A stretch of 64,000 bases of DNA from Chloroflexota bacterium (GCA_043812795.1 JBDRLU010000002.1:535-64534); one strand, 5' to 3'. Positions 1 to 8,247 are shown, counted from the first letter of the stretch. The notes: generated from the sequence alone by a model not told the origin. Translations and numbers: made by a program.

Positions 1-1
1 A

Positions 2-1102
2 GAGATGCGCATCGGTATGCAGAATGATATCTTGAAAGAGTTCGTTTGCCGGGGGACGCAAATTTTTCCGCTACGGCCGTCACTCAAGTTCAGCTGCGAT
101 ACTATCGAGTATGCCGTCCGTAATGGCATGAAGAATGTCCGTCCGGTCAGTATTTGCGGCTCCCATTTTCGGCAGGCCGGCGGTACAGCCGTCCAGGAGA
201 TAGCCTTTTCCATCGCCGACCACGTCGCTTACTTCGAGGAACTTTTGAGCCGGGGGCTGAAGATAGATGATTTGGCCCCCTATTCCAACACGATGTTCAT
301 CGGCGCCGGCATGGACTTCTTCGAGGAGATAGCCAAGCTCAGGGCAATCCGGAGAACGTGGGCCAGGGTGATGAAAGAGAAGTTTGGCTGTAAAACTCCA
401 CCACTGATTACCTCTCGCGGTAATGGCCGTGATTTTACCGCCCAGCAGCCATTAAACAACCTCATCCGGGGGACTATCGAGTTACTGGCGGCGGTGCTTG
501 GCGGATGTCCCAATTCACAGGTCTCTTCGTATGATGAAGCGCTGGCGATACCTTCGCCCGAAGCCGCCACGCTGGCCATGCGGACGCAACAGATAATTGC
601 CTACGAGAGTGGCGTTAATAATACCACCGACCCGCTGGCCGGTTCGTATTTCGTCGAAGCCCTTACCGACGAGCTGGAAGAGAAGTCGCAGGAGCTCCTT
701 ACTCAAGTCGAGGATATGGGCGGGGCATTACCGGCTATCGAGCAGGGTTTCTTCCAGCGAGAGCTTACCCGCGAAGCTTACGAAAAGCTGAGACTAATCG
801 AGACCGGAGAGCGGATACTGGTCGGCGTGAACAAATATGTGGTGGAGGAAGAGCTTAAAGTAGAGGTGAGAAAGGTTGACCCGGCGGAAGAGCGCCGGCA
901 GGTAGCCAAGGTCAAGAAACTGAGGAAGGAAAGGGACAATGCTGCGGTCAAGGCCGGACTCAAGCAACTGAAAGAGGCAGCGCAGGACGGGGTCAATCTG
1001 GTACCCGTTCTGGTTGACGTAGTGAAAACTTATGCTACCATCGGGGAAATGTGCGATACCCTCCGTAGTGTTTGGGGTGAGTACAAGGCGATGGGGCTGT
1101 AA
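2..1102 (+). CDS. methylmalonyl-CoA mutase-family large (catalytic) subunit, 5'-truncated by the window edge
   Basis: The frame is open from the window edge. MCM-family motifs are present (QNDILKEF, TAQQPLNNLIRGT). It stops at 1100-1102 with no fused B12-binding domain. Confidence 0.8.
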   Translation, partial: EMRIGMQNDILKEFVCRGTQIFPLRPSLKFSCDTIEYAVRNGMKNVRPVSICGSHFRQAGGTAVQEIAFSIADHVAYFEELLSRGLKIDDLAPYSNTMFIGAGMDFFEEIAKLRAIRRTWARVMKEKFGCKTPPLITSRGNGRDFTAQQPLNNLIRGTIELLAAVLGGCPNSQVSSYDEALAIPSPEAATLAMRTQQIIAYESGVNNTTDPLAGSYFVEALTDELEEKSQELLTQVEDMGGALPAIEQGFFQRELTREAYEKLRLIETGERILVGVNKYVVEEELKVEVRKVDPAEERRQVAKVKKLRKERDNAAVKAGLKQLKEAAQDGVNLVPVLVDVVKTYATIGEMCDTLRSVWGEYKAMGL

Positions 1103-1108
1103 GCTGGA

Positions 1109-1147
1109 TTAAGAGAAGGGGACTTTAAAGCCCCCTTCTCTTAATTG
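1109..1147 (+). terminator. hairpin just downstream of the mutase gene
   Basis: Inverted repeat TTAAGAGAAGGGG-N9-CCCCTTCTCTTAA starts 7 nt after the stop codon. The T tract is weak. Confidence 0.5.
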
Positions 1148-1156
1148 TTCGCGCGG

Positions 1157-1206
1157 TCATTGCGAGGAAGTCCTTCGGCTGAAGGACGACGAAGCAATCT
1201 CATTGT
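1157..1206. repeat. palindromic repeat module, GTCATTGCGAG type
   Basis: GTCATTGCGAGG..hairpin..CGAAGCAATC. Related modules occur at 42789-42833 and 58758-58805. Confidence 0.7.
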
Positions 1207-1213
1207 GATATCT

Positions 1214-1339
1214 CTGAGGTTGTTTAGCAACGAGGAGAAATTTCGTCTTCCCGTTCACCCTGAGCTTGTCGAAGGGTGAGTTCTAATCCACCGCTATGGT
1301 TCGACAGGCTCACCATGAGCGGTTATTAAACAACCTCAT
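1214..1339 (+). repeat. bipartite palindromic (MITE/REP-like) element with flanking inverted repeat
   Basis: Arms GTTCACCCTGAGCTTGTCGAAGGG and GGTTCGACAGGCTCACCATGAGCGG lie at 1251-1323. They are bracketed by GAGGTTGTTTA / TAAACAACCTC. Other copies: 4108-4180 (+), 32944-33004 (-), 41319-41375 (-). Confidence 0.75.
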
Positions 1340-1454
1340 CTTTTGACCTTGACAGAGACTAAATTGGTCGCTATGCTATCCTGTATTTGGTGGCACGGCG
1401 CCCGGACTTTGGCCACCGGCCGTACCGCCGAGAATTTGTTTCGAGGCATATACC

Positions 1455-2690
1455 ATTACATCGCAAAAAAGCCTGCTGCAAAAAGCCCGTTCTTCACTCG
1501 GTTTTTCCGGGCTGTTACCTCTTTTCGTACTGGCGCACTTCGGGCATCATTTATTGACGGCGCTTCCCGCCCCTCTATTGCCGATGATAAAGAGCGATTT
1601 CAAGCTGGACTATACCCGCTCCGGTTTCGTGGTCTCGGCGTTCAGTCTGGCCTACGGCGCCGGCCAGGTGCCGGCCGGATGGCTGACCGACCGTCTCGGT
1701 GCGCGCGTACTGGTGACGCTGGGTATCATCGGCGTGGCCGCTGCCGGCCTACTGGTCGGTATTTCGCACACTTACATTTTGCTCATTATCTTTCTGATAC
1801 TGATGGGTCTGCTGGGGGGCGGCTATCATCCGGCTTCGGCACTGGCCCTGACGGACTCGGTAGCGCCGTCCAGGCGGGGACAGGCCCTCGGTCTGCACAT
1901 GATTGGCGGGAGTGCCAGCTTTTTCCTCGCGCCGCTTATCGCCGCCGTCATTGCGGCCAAGTGGGGCTGGCGCGGTTCGTTTATCGGACTGGCTATCCCG
2001 ACGGCTCTTTTTGGTATCGCCTTTTATGTTCTTCTCGGCCGACTCACCAAGGCGAAGAAAGCTGAGCCGGCCGTTACTACAGGGGCGGCTGTCGGTAAAG
2101 TCGCTACTCCCGGCCGCCTGAGCCGTCTGGTCGCTTTCATCATTCTGGCGACTACGACCCAGGCGGTGATTTTCTCGGTAATATCGTTTGTCCCGGTCTT
2201 CATGGTCGACTATTTCAATGTCAGTAAAGAAACAGCCGCTGCTCTTATTGCTCTCATTTACTCCTGCGGGCTGTGGGCCAGTCCGCTGGGTGGCTACCTC
2301 TCCGACCGTTTTGGCCGGGTGCCGGTGGTAGTCCTCGATTGCCTGCTGGCCGGTCCGGTCATTTTCATGCTGACTCAGGCGCCGGCCGGCATCGGTGTCG
2401 GTGCAGTACTGGTGGGTATCGGTATGGTATCTTATATCTATCCGCCCGTCGCTCAGGCGTATATCATCGACCAGGTCTCTGAAAAGAACCGGGCGACGGT
2501 GCTCGGCATTTATTTCTTCGGTAATATGGAGGGGGGTGGCCTGGTCGCACCGGTGATGGGCTTGCTGGCTGACCGACTTGGTTTTTATTCTGCCTTTGGT
2601 ATTGCCAGTGTCACACTTCTTATTATGTCTTCCATCTGCGCCTTGTGGCTCTGGCGCAGCCGCGGCGAACGGCTTACCGCAAGCATTTGA
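1455..2690 (+). CDS. MFS transporter
   Basis: Multi-TM protein with the MFS loop motif WLTDRLGARV. The track start (TTG 1554) removes TM1. The frame is open back to 1353 with no ATG/GTG/TTG. The best start is ATT 1455, with GAGG 8 nt upstream. Confidence 0.75.
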   Translation: MTSQKSLLQKARSSLGFSGLLPLFVLAHFGHHLLTALPAPLLPMIKSDFKLDYTRSGFVVSAFSLAYGAGQVPAGWLTDRLGARVLVTLGIIGVAAAGLLVGISHTYILLIIFLILMGLLGGGYHPASALALTDSVAPSRRGQALGLHMIGGSASFFLAPLIAAVIAAKWGWRGSFIGLAIPTALFGIAFYVLLGRLTKAKKAEPAVTTGAAVGKVATPGRLSRLVAFIILATTTQAVIFSVISFVPVFMVDYFNVSKETAAALIALIYSCGLWASPLGGYLSDRFGRVPVVVLDCLLAGPVIFMLTQAPAGIGVGAVLVGIGMVSYIYPPVAQAYIIDQVSEKNRATVLGIYFFGNMEGGGLVAPVMGLLADRLGFYSAFGIASVTLLIMSSICALWLWRSRGERLTASI

Positions 2691-2728
2691 CCTTAATTTC
2701 CCGGTAGAGAGCAGGGATGCAGGTAACT

Positions 2729-4060
2729 CTAACTTCTATTACGCCGTACCAGGCCCATGAGTGTGTAGAAAAATATACCGGCACCGATGAGAAACGCGCC
2801 GAAGAGAACGGGGAGCCATCCGGTATTGACCGCGAGCGCCAGGGAGACAACAACTCCCAAAAGCGGGGCAACAATGTCCAGGACGATATGCTTAGACCGT
2901 CTATTCGAGAAACGATGACGGAAGAGCTTGAAGGCACTGGCGTTCACGGCGGCAAAAGCTAGCAGCGTGGCAAAGTTAGTAAATTCAGCAACGCTGGCGA
3001 CATTTCTGATGCTGGCGAACAGACTGGCTAAAAGCCCGACGACAATGATGGTAAACCACGGAGTGCGGCGATTTTTGCCGATAACGCAAAAGTTCATCGG
3101 TAGTGCACCGGCACAGGACATCGCCCACATGGCGCGCGATGCCGCCAGAAGCAGCAGGAGGACGGTATTACCGGTCGAAGCCAGGGCAATGTAAGTGAGG
3201 AGTAGTTCAGCCCGGGCGCCGAGTGCTCCCGCTGCCACTGCCGCAAGCGGTGCCGATGACTGGCTCAGGTTACTCCAGCCCAGCACACTTACTGCTGCAA
3301 TCGAGACGAGGACATAGAGGATGGTGCTTATCCCCAGGGCGAGGATAATAGCCCGTGGCAGGTCTCGTTCCGGGTCCTTCATTTCTTCGGAAAGGTTAGC
3401 CATGCCCTCGAAGCCGAGATAGGCGAAGAAAACGAGCGAGGCAGCCCCTAAGACACCCGGTAGTCCGTGGGACATTTCGAGAACATTGACGTTGCCGAGG
3501 TGAGGCAGTCCGATGCCTATAATGATGAGGAGCCCGGCCGCTTCGACAATGGTCAGTACACCGGCCAGGACAGCCGATTGGCCGATGCCCAGAAATACCA
3601 CCAGCGAAGAAAACAGGATTAGACAGATGGCGGCTGACAAATAGGGGACACCGAACCAGTGCTGAAGATAACCGGCAAAGCCGAGAGCGACGGCCGCTGC
3701 CGATATGGTCACCGCCCAGAGAATGAGCCATCCAGCTAAAAATGCGGGGAGCGGGCCAAACGCCATGCCGACATATTGGAACTCCGGGGCATCCTTGGGT
3801 CGAAGCTTGCTCAGGCGTGCGTAGGAAAATCCGGTGAAGGCCGCCCCGATAGCCGCCAGGACAAAAGACAGCCACACGGCGTTGCCGGCTTCACCGGCAG
3901 CTACCCCGACCAGCACGTAGATACCGGCTCCCAGGATTACCCCCACGCCGGTCAGGGTAGTGGCGGTCAGTCCCAGACGCCTGGCTAGGCCGGAATCAGT
4001 CGATTTTGCGTTCATGGCAGTAGTTGTCCCAAGCATACTGAAATGGTCTTTGGCCGTCAA
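2729..4060 (-). CDS. APC-family amino acid permease
   Basis: 443-aa, roughly 12-TM protein. The N-terminal 'LGLTATTLTGVGVILGAGIYV' signature is typical of the amino acid/polyamine/organocation family. Confidence 0.8.
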   Translation of the reverse strand: MTAKDHFSMLGTTTAMNAKSTDSGLARRLGLTATTLTGVGVILGAGIYVLVGVAAGEAGNAVWLSFVLAAIGAAFTGFSYARLSKLRPKDAPEFQYVGMAFGPLPAFLAGWLILWAVTISAAAVALGFAGYLQHWFGVPYLSAAICLILFSSLVVFLGIGQSAVLAGVLTIVEAAGLLIIIGIGLPHLGNVNVLEMSHGLPGVLGAASLVFFAYLGFEGMANLSEEMKDPERDLPRAIILALGISTILYVLVSIAAVSVLGWSNLSQSSAPLAAVAAGALGARAELLLTYIALASTGNTVLLLLLAASRAMWAMSCAGALPMNFCVIGKNRRTPWFTIIVVGLLASLFASIRNVASVAEFTNFATLLAFAAVNASAFKLFRHRFSNRRSKHIVLDIVAPLLGVVVSLALAVNTGWLPVLFGAFLIGAGIFFYTLMGLVRRNRS

Positions 4061-4107
4061 TAGGTGGAGGATACCTTGAGGATGTCTAGGAGAGCAAGTG
4101 GTTTTTG

Positions 4108-4180
4108 CCCGTTCACCCGGAGCATGTCGAAGGGTGAACTTTTGCTAACAGCTATGGTTCGACGGGCTCACCATGAGCGG
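4108..4180 (+). repeat. bipartite palindromic element (same family as 1251-1323)
   Basis: CCCGTTCACCCGGAGCATGTCGAAGGGTGAAC ... GCTATGGTTCGACGGGCTCACCATGAGCGG. It overlaps the last codons and stop of the MFS gene 4152-5453. Confidence 0.75.
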
Positions 4181-5453
4181 TTTGTGAATGCTCTCCGCCT
4201 TTACGTCCGACCAACCCGACGCATAAAGCGGCGGCCAGCATCGTGATAGCCCCGATTAAAAAGGCGGTAGCATAGCTTCCCGTCACGTCGAAAATGAGTC
4301 CGCCCAGCAGCGGGCCGATGGCCGCCCCGGCCGCCCAGCCCAGGTCCAGTATCCCGAAGATAGTCCCGATTTTAGTCAGTTCGAAGGTATCGCCGATGAG
4401 CGCCCCGACACTGGCGCCGAGGCCGCCGTGGGCGAAGCCGAAGACTACGGCGAAGGCATAGAATTCTCTCAGGCCGTGCGCCCGGATAAGCCAGAGCATA
4501 GCGGCGGTCATCAGCAAGCAGCCGAAAACGGAGGTCAATTTCCGGCCGACTCTATCGGCGGCGGCACCCATGATGATTTTACCGGCGATGGTGCTGGCAC
4601 CGATAACACCGATAACGGCGGCGGCCGCCGCCGGCGAAATATCGATATCGGTAAGATAGGGTACCAGGTGGGTGAAGATTAAGAACACGGTGATACCCAG
4701 GAAAAACCAGACCAGCCACAGCCACCACAGGTTGCTTGTCTTGAGTATTTGCCGCAAGGGCATTGCTATTGCCCCGGTTTTTGGTTCGGTATGGTCGTTG
4801 GCAGGAAGAGCGAGGCCGTCGGGCTCGGCCCCGATTTCACGCGGCTCTTTTTTCAGCAACCGGGAGAGCGGAAGGATGATGAGCCAGGCGATTAGTCCGA
4901 CTACCAGGTAGGCGGTGCGCCAGTTGAAATCGGTAATCAGGTAGGTGGCCAGCGGGGCGATGACCACCGGCCCCAGCCCCGCCCCGGCATCGGCGATGCC
5001 CAGCGTCAAGCCCCGCCTCCGGTTAAACCAGCGGGCCACCGTCGAAGTCGGCACCACGTAGAGGGCGCCCGTTCCCATCGAAAGTAACAGGCTGTAGGTG
5101 AGAAACAATTGCCAGGTGGCGTGCGTCAGGCTGGTCAGCACCAGGCTCAGTCCGGTCAGCACGCCCATGAAGAGGACGATGATTTTGGGCCCGAATTTAT
5201 CTAACGTCAATCCGCCGAGAAAGGCGAACAGGCCGGTAAGTATCAGACTGGCCGAGGCAATGGCCGAGGTCGCCCCGCGGGATAAATCGAACTCGGTTTC
5301 GATGGACTTGAAGAAAACGCCGAAAGAAAAATAAATGCCGTAAAGAGTAATCCCGATAAACAGGAAAGCAATGACCACTACCCATCCGTAAAAAAGCTTA
5401 TGTCTGGACATGAACGATATCCCGCTGTGGAATTCAGTATCAGGATGCATCAT
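4152..5453 (-). CDS. MFS transporter (oxalate/formate antiporter-like)
   Basis: 433 aa, about 12 TM, with a central loop. The C-terminal residues ..TAHGEPVEP* are encoded by the repeat element. Confidence 0.75.
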   Translation of the reverse strand: MMHPDTEFHSGISFMSRHKLFYGWVVVIAFLFIGITLYGIYFSFGVFFKSIETEFDLSRGATSAIASASLILTGLFAFLGGLTLDKFGPKIIVLFMGVLTGLSLVLTSLTHATWQLFLTYSLLLSMGTGALYVVPTSTVARWFNRRRGLTLGIADAGAGLGPVVIAPLATYLITDFNWRTAYLVVGLIAWLIILPLSRLLKKEPREIGAEPDGLALPANDHTEPKTGAIAMPLRQILKTSNLWWLWLVWFFLGITVFLIFTHLVPYLTDIDISPAAAAAVIGVIGASTIAGKIIMGAAADRVGRKLTSVFGCLLMTAAMLWLIRAHGLREFYAFAVVFGFAHGGLGASVGALIGDTFELTKIGTIFGILDLGWAAGAAIGPLLGGLIFDVTGSYATAFLIGAITMLAAALCVGLVGRKGGEHSQTAHGEPVEP

Positions 5454-5493
5454 AGCAGCTTCAGGGTATGAGGTACAATAAAGAAATGTCTGA

Positions 5494-5844
5494 AAAATCC
5501 CCCATCAGCAAAGGTATAAATACCACTATTCCGGTGGTACAATGGTAGCCATGAGGGAAGGGGATGACCTGAGGTATATCCACCAGGACCATCTGACCAG
5601 CACGTCACTGGTCACTTCCGACAACGGGACACTGGTAGGAACGATAAAGTACTATCCCTATGGAGATTGCCGAAATAATCAGGGAGATTTAGGCACGGAT
5701 AAGCTCTTTACCGGCCAAAGACTTGATGATATGGGGCTATATTACTACGGCGCCAGATATTATGACCCAACGATTGGGAGATTTATTTCACCGGATACGA
5801 TTGTGCAGAGTGCGGCCAATCCTCAGACGTTAAACCGATTTTAA
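5494..5844 (+). pseudogene. RHS repeat-associated core fragment, truncated at both ends
   Basis: ..YKYHYSGGTMVAMREG..YIHQDHLTSTSLV..YYPYGDCRN..LFTGQRLDD..GLYYYGARYYDPTIGRFISPD..NRF*. The frame opens right after a TGA at 5491. It stops before the DPxGW cleavage motif, so there is no toxin tip. Confidence 0.8.
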
Positions 5845-5873
5845 CATCTTGCTCCTGCTTAGGTGGGGGATAA

Positions 5874-6446
5874 GTGAAGAATTTAAATGATAATCTATTT
5901 AGGTTTGCGGGGCTACTTCTCGCACTACTAAGTAGCCTAACTTTCATTGCGACAATCGGTTGCAGTAACTACAAACACTTTACCTTTAGAGAAAGCCCCT
6001 ATCATTTCTCGTTTGAGTATCCCGCTACCTATTATATTGAAAGAGCATTTATCGAACCTACTACTCCCCATGTGCTTGACCGTGTGATTATCAATATGGG
6101 ACCAGTGGGAAAGCCTGCACCAGGCGGTTTCGAGTTTGTGATATACCTCGACCCTTCTTCCGGAAACGCGACATCAGCCATGGATGGCAAATTACGGTTT
6201 ATTAGCCAACTCCCCGATCCTAAGGTTTTAGAGCGGACTTACGTAAAGGTAGCGGGCACATTAGGTGAAAAAGTTGAATATACAACACTCCCGCCTTCGA
6301 ACCCATTATTCAGGATTTTTAGACAAGCATTTTTCGTGCACGGAGACCGACTTTGGTCAGTGACTATGATTTCTGACAATATAACTGCGGAAAAAGACAA
6401 AGCAGCTTTTGAGCACATGTTGAAGACATTGGGGATTTATGACTAG
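5874..6446 (+). CDS. hypothetical lipoprotein (possible orphan immunity protein)
   Basis: GTG start after GGTGGGGGA. Signal peptide with a lipobox-like ..IATIGC. No family recognised. Confidence 0.5.
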   Translation: MKNLNDNLFRFAGLLLALLSSLTFIATIGCSNYKHFTFRESPYHFSFEYPATYYIERAFIEPTTPHVLDRVIINMGPVGKPAPGGFEFVIYLDPSSGNATSAMDGKLRFISQLPDPKVLERTYVKVAGTLGEKVEYTTLPPSNPLFRIFRQAFFVHGDRLWSVTMISDNITAEKDKAAFEHMLKTLGIYD

Positions 6447-6484
6447 CCTACATTTAGCTAGCAATCCCCACGCCTTCCTGCTAA

Positions 6485-6646
6485 AATATACTCAAAACCA
6501 GTGGAGGTGCTAATTGTTAAAGCCAAAATCACCTCAAACCTCGTTCTATGGTAGTTACCTCTATGATAGAATCGTCCCAGCCGACCACCTGCTTCGTAAA
6601 ATCAATCAGGTAGTTGATTTCTCATTTGTGAGGGTGATTTGGCCTA
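6485..6646 (+). mobile_element. IS remnant (N-terminal stub of an IS5/IS1182-like transposase)
   Basis: 6514-6645 reads LLKPKSPQTSFYGSYLYDRIVPADHLLRKINQVVDFSF... This resembles transposase N-termini I recall. It is only about 40 codons, and a second copy lies at 8118-8247. Confidence 0.55.
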
Positions 6647-7612
6647 ATGACTTTTTCAGCAGTCTGGTATGGAGATTGCCGAAATAGTCAGGGTAATTTG
6701 GGCACGGATAAACTCTTTACCGGCCAGAGACTGGATGACACCGGACTCTATTACTACGGCGCCAGGTACTACGACCCAATTATCGGGAGATTTATCTCAC
6801 CGGATACGTTCGTACCTAGAGGAAATGGATTCGATGTCATTTCAGCCCCGCTAACTGTCAATTTCATCCCGCAGGGATTAGGAAATGAGCTAGCACCTAG
6901 AAAGAACTATCCTAAAATCTCTCTTCAGGTTTCTGCGAATCCGCAGGCATTTAACCGATATTCGTATGTATTGGATAATCCGCTTAGGTATACCGACCCT
7001 AATGGATGGGATACTTGGGGAAATGGAATCAACGTAAACGTTGGTTTTGGTATCGGTGTTTCTGGTGAAGTCTTAATCGTCACCGATGATAAAGGCAATA
7101 GGCGATTGGCGATAACTCTAAGTGGTTTGGGAACTACTCCTACTTTTAGTATCGGGGGTCAATTTCAAAAGACGGATGCTCCCACAGTCTTTGACTTAGG
7201 GAAATGGTCCGGCGGGTTCGGAGGTTCAAGCGGATTGATTCCTTCAATGTTGCTCCCTTCTGGGGGTGAGTACATCGGTTATAATGGTGGCAGTAAAGGG
7301 ATGGGATGGAAAGGTTATAATTTGAATATTGGGCCCGGGCGCACTTTCGTACCAATAGAAGTGCATGCTTTAGTAGGCTATACTTGGTTAGTTCCCGTAC
7401 CTTCGTGGATTGCCAACACACTAGGAAATAACAGTGCATCAGTTAGTAATGTTGGGACAGTGATAGGGTCAGGGTTTGGATTTATCTTCATTAGCGTCGG
7501 TGGAGGTGCTTCTGGTGACAACAATGGTGTTTCTGGTGACAACGGTGGTTCTTCGGAGGTGGTTGTAATTGATATATATGCTGGGTATGATTACAACCCC
7601 TTTGATTACTAG
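6647..7612 (+). CDS. orphan RHS C-terminal module: end of the RHS core plus an unrecognised Gly-rich C-terminal (toxin?) domain
   Basis: YGDCRNSQG..LFTGQRLDD..GLYYYGARYYDPIIGRFISPD..NRYSYVLDNPLRYTDPNGW is followed by about 200 aa of G/S/N-rich sequence. The ATG is created at the IS-remnant junction. Confidence 0.75.
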   Translation: MTFSAVWYGDCRNSQGNLGTDKLFTGQRLDDTGLYYYGARYYDPIIGRFISPDTFVPRGNGFDVISAPLTVNFIPQGLGNELAPRKNYPKISLQVSANPQAFNRYSYVLDNPLRYTDPNGWDTWGNGINVNVGFGIGVSGEVLIVTDDKGNRRLAITLSGLGTTPTFSIGGQFQKTDAPTVFDLGKWSGGFGGSSGLIPSMLLPSGGEYIGYNGGSKGMGWKGYNLNIGPGRTFVPIEVHALVGYTWLVPVPSWIANTLGNNSASVSNVGTVIGSGFGFIFISVGGGASGDNNGVSGDNGGSSEVVVIDIYAGYDYNPFDY

Positions 7613-7761
7613 GATAAGGATTAATTCTTAAACGGAAGGGACATTTGTGTCGAAGTACTTCTTTAGGCGAGAAAAGTTAGTAATTGAACCGACTCTTATT
7701 ACTATCCTTTAAGGCTTATTCGCCAACATTGGTTTCTTTGCTGGAGCCTTAAGAAAAAATA

Positions 7762-8067
7762 ATGATTACCGAATTAATTATCAGCTTTATAATGGTTGTA
7801 TTAGGAACTATCTTGCTAATGTATTCTTCACGCCTTGGCAAGTGGATATTCAGTATTAGGGTAGAATTCGAAAAGGAATTCTCCTGGAATCGTGCAGCAA
7901 AACCTAAACAAGACAGGAGACGGTCTCGTCATTCATGGTTGTTATCTTCATCATACAGGGCTGCCCTTCAATACGGTCCTATTTTTGATATATGGGCGCT
8001 ACGCACCGTCGCTATAGGAGTTCTCCTATGGGCGATTATTTTTCTTTTTTTAGTTGTGTTTACTTAG
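7762..8067 (+). CDS. small membrane protein (candidate immunity protein)
   Basis: 101 aa with hydrophobic segments at both ends and a basic loop. It lies immediately downstream of the RHS tip. Confidence 0.45.
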   Translation: MITELIISFIMVVLGTILLMYSSRLGKWIFSIRVEFEKEFSWNRAAKPKQDRRRSRHSWLLSSSYRAALQYGPIFDIWALRTVAIGVLLWAIIFLFLVVFT

Positions 8068-8117
8068 ATTTTCCGAGATCAGTTTCTATACTCACTCGCA
8101 ATCACCGCCTTTTCCCG

Positions 8118-8247
8118 CTACAATATATCCAAAACCCCAGGAGGTAATGGATGTTACGTCCTAAACCGCCTCAGTCCTCCTTTTACGGTAGCTACCTGTA
8201 TGAACGCATAGTCCCAAAGCCCACTTAATTGTGAGAGAATTACTTCA
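8118..8247 (+). mobile_element. IS remnant, second copy
   Basis: 8151-8228 reads MLRPKPPQSSFYGSYLYERIVPKPT*. The 5' flank (CTACAATATATCCAAAACCCCAGGAGGTAAT) and 3' junction (AATGACTTTTTCAGC) parallel the copy at 6485-6646. Confidence 0.55.

Noticed and set aside
452-467. The exact 16-mer ATTAAACAACCTCATC inside the mutase gene is identical to the right flank of the repeat element at 1325-1340.
   Set aside because: Chance identity of this length is unlikely. However, in the gene it encodes the conserved ..PLNNLIR.. segment in frame, with no other repeat features around it. I cannot distinguish coincidence from a recombination footprint without genome-wide counts, so I am not reporting it as a finding.
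1343-2065. A 240-aa ORF in another frame overlapping the MFS transporter gene.
   Set aside because: The translation is Arg/Gly/Ala-rich with no motif. The other frame gives a coherent multi-TM MFS protein.
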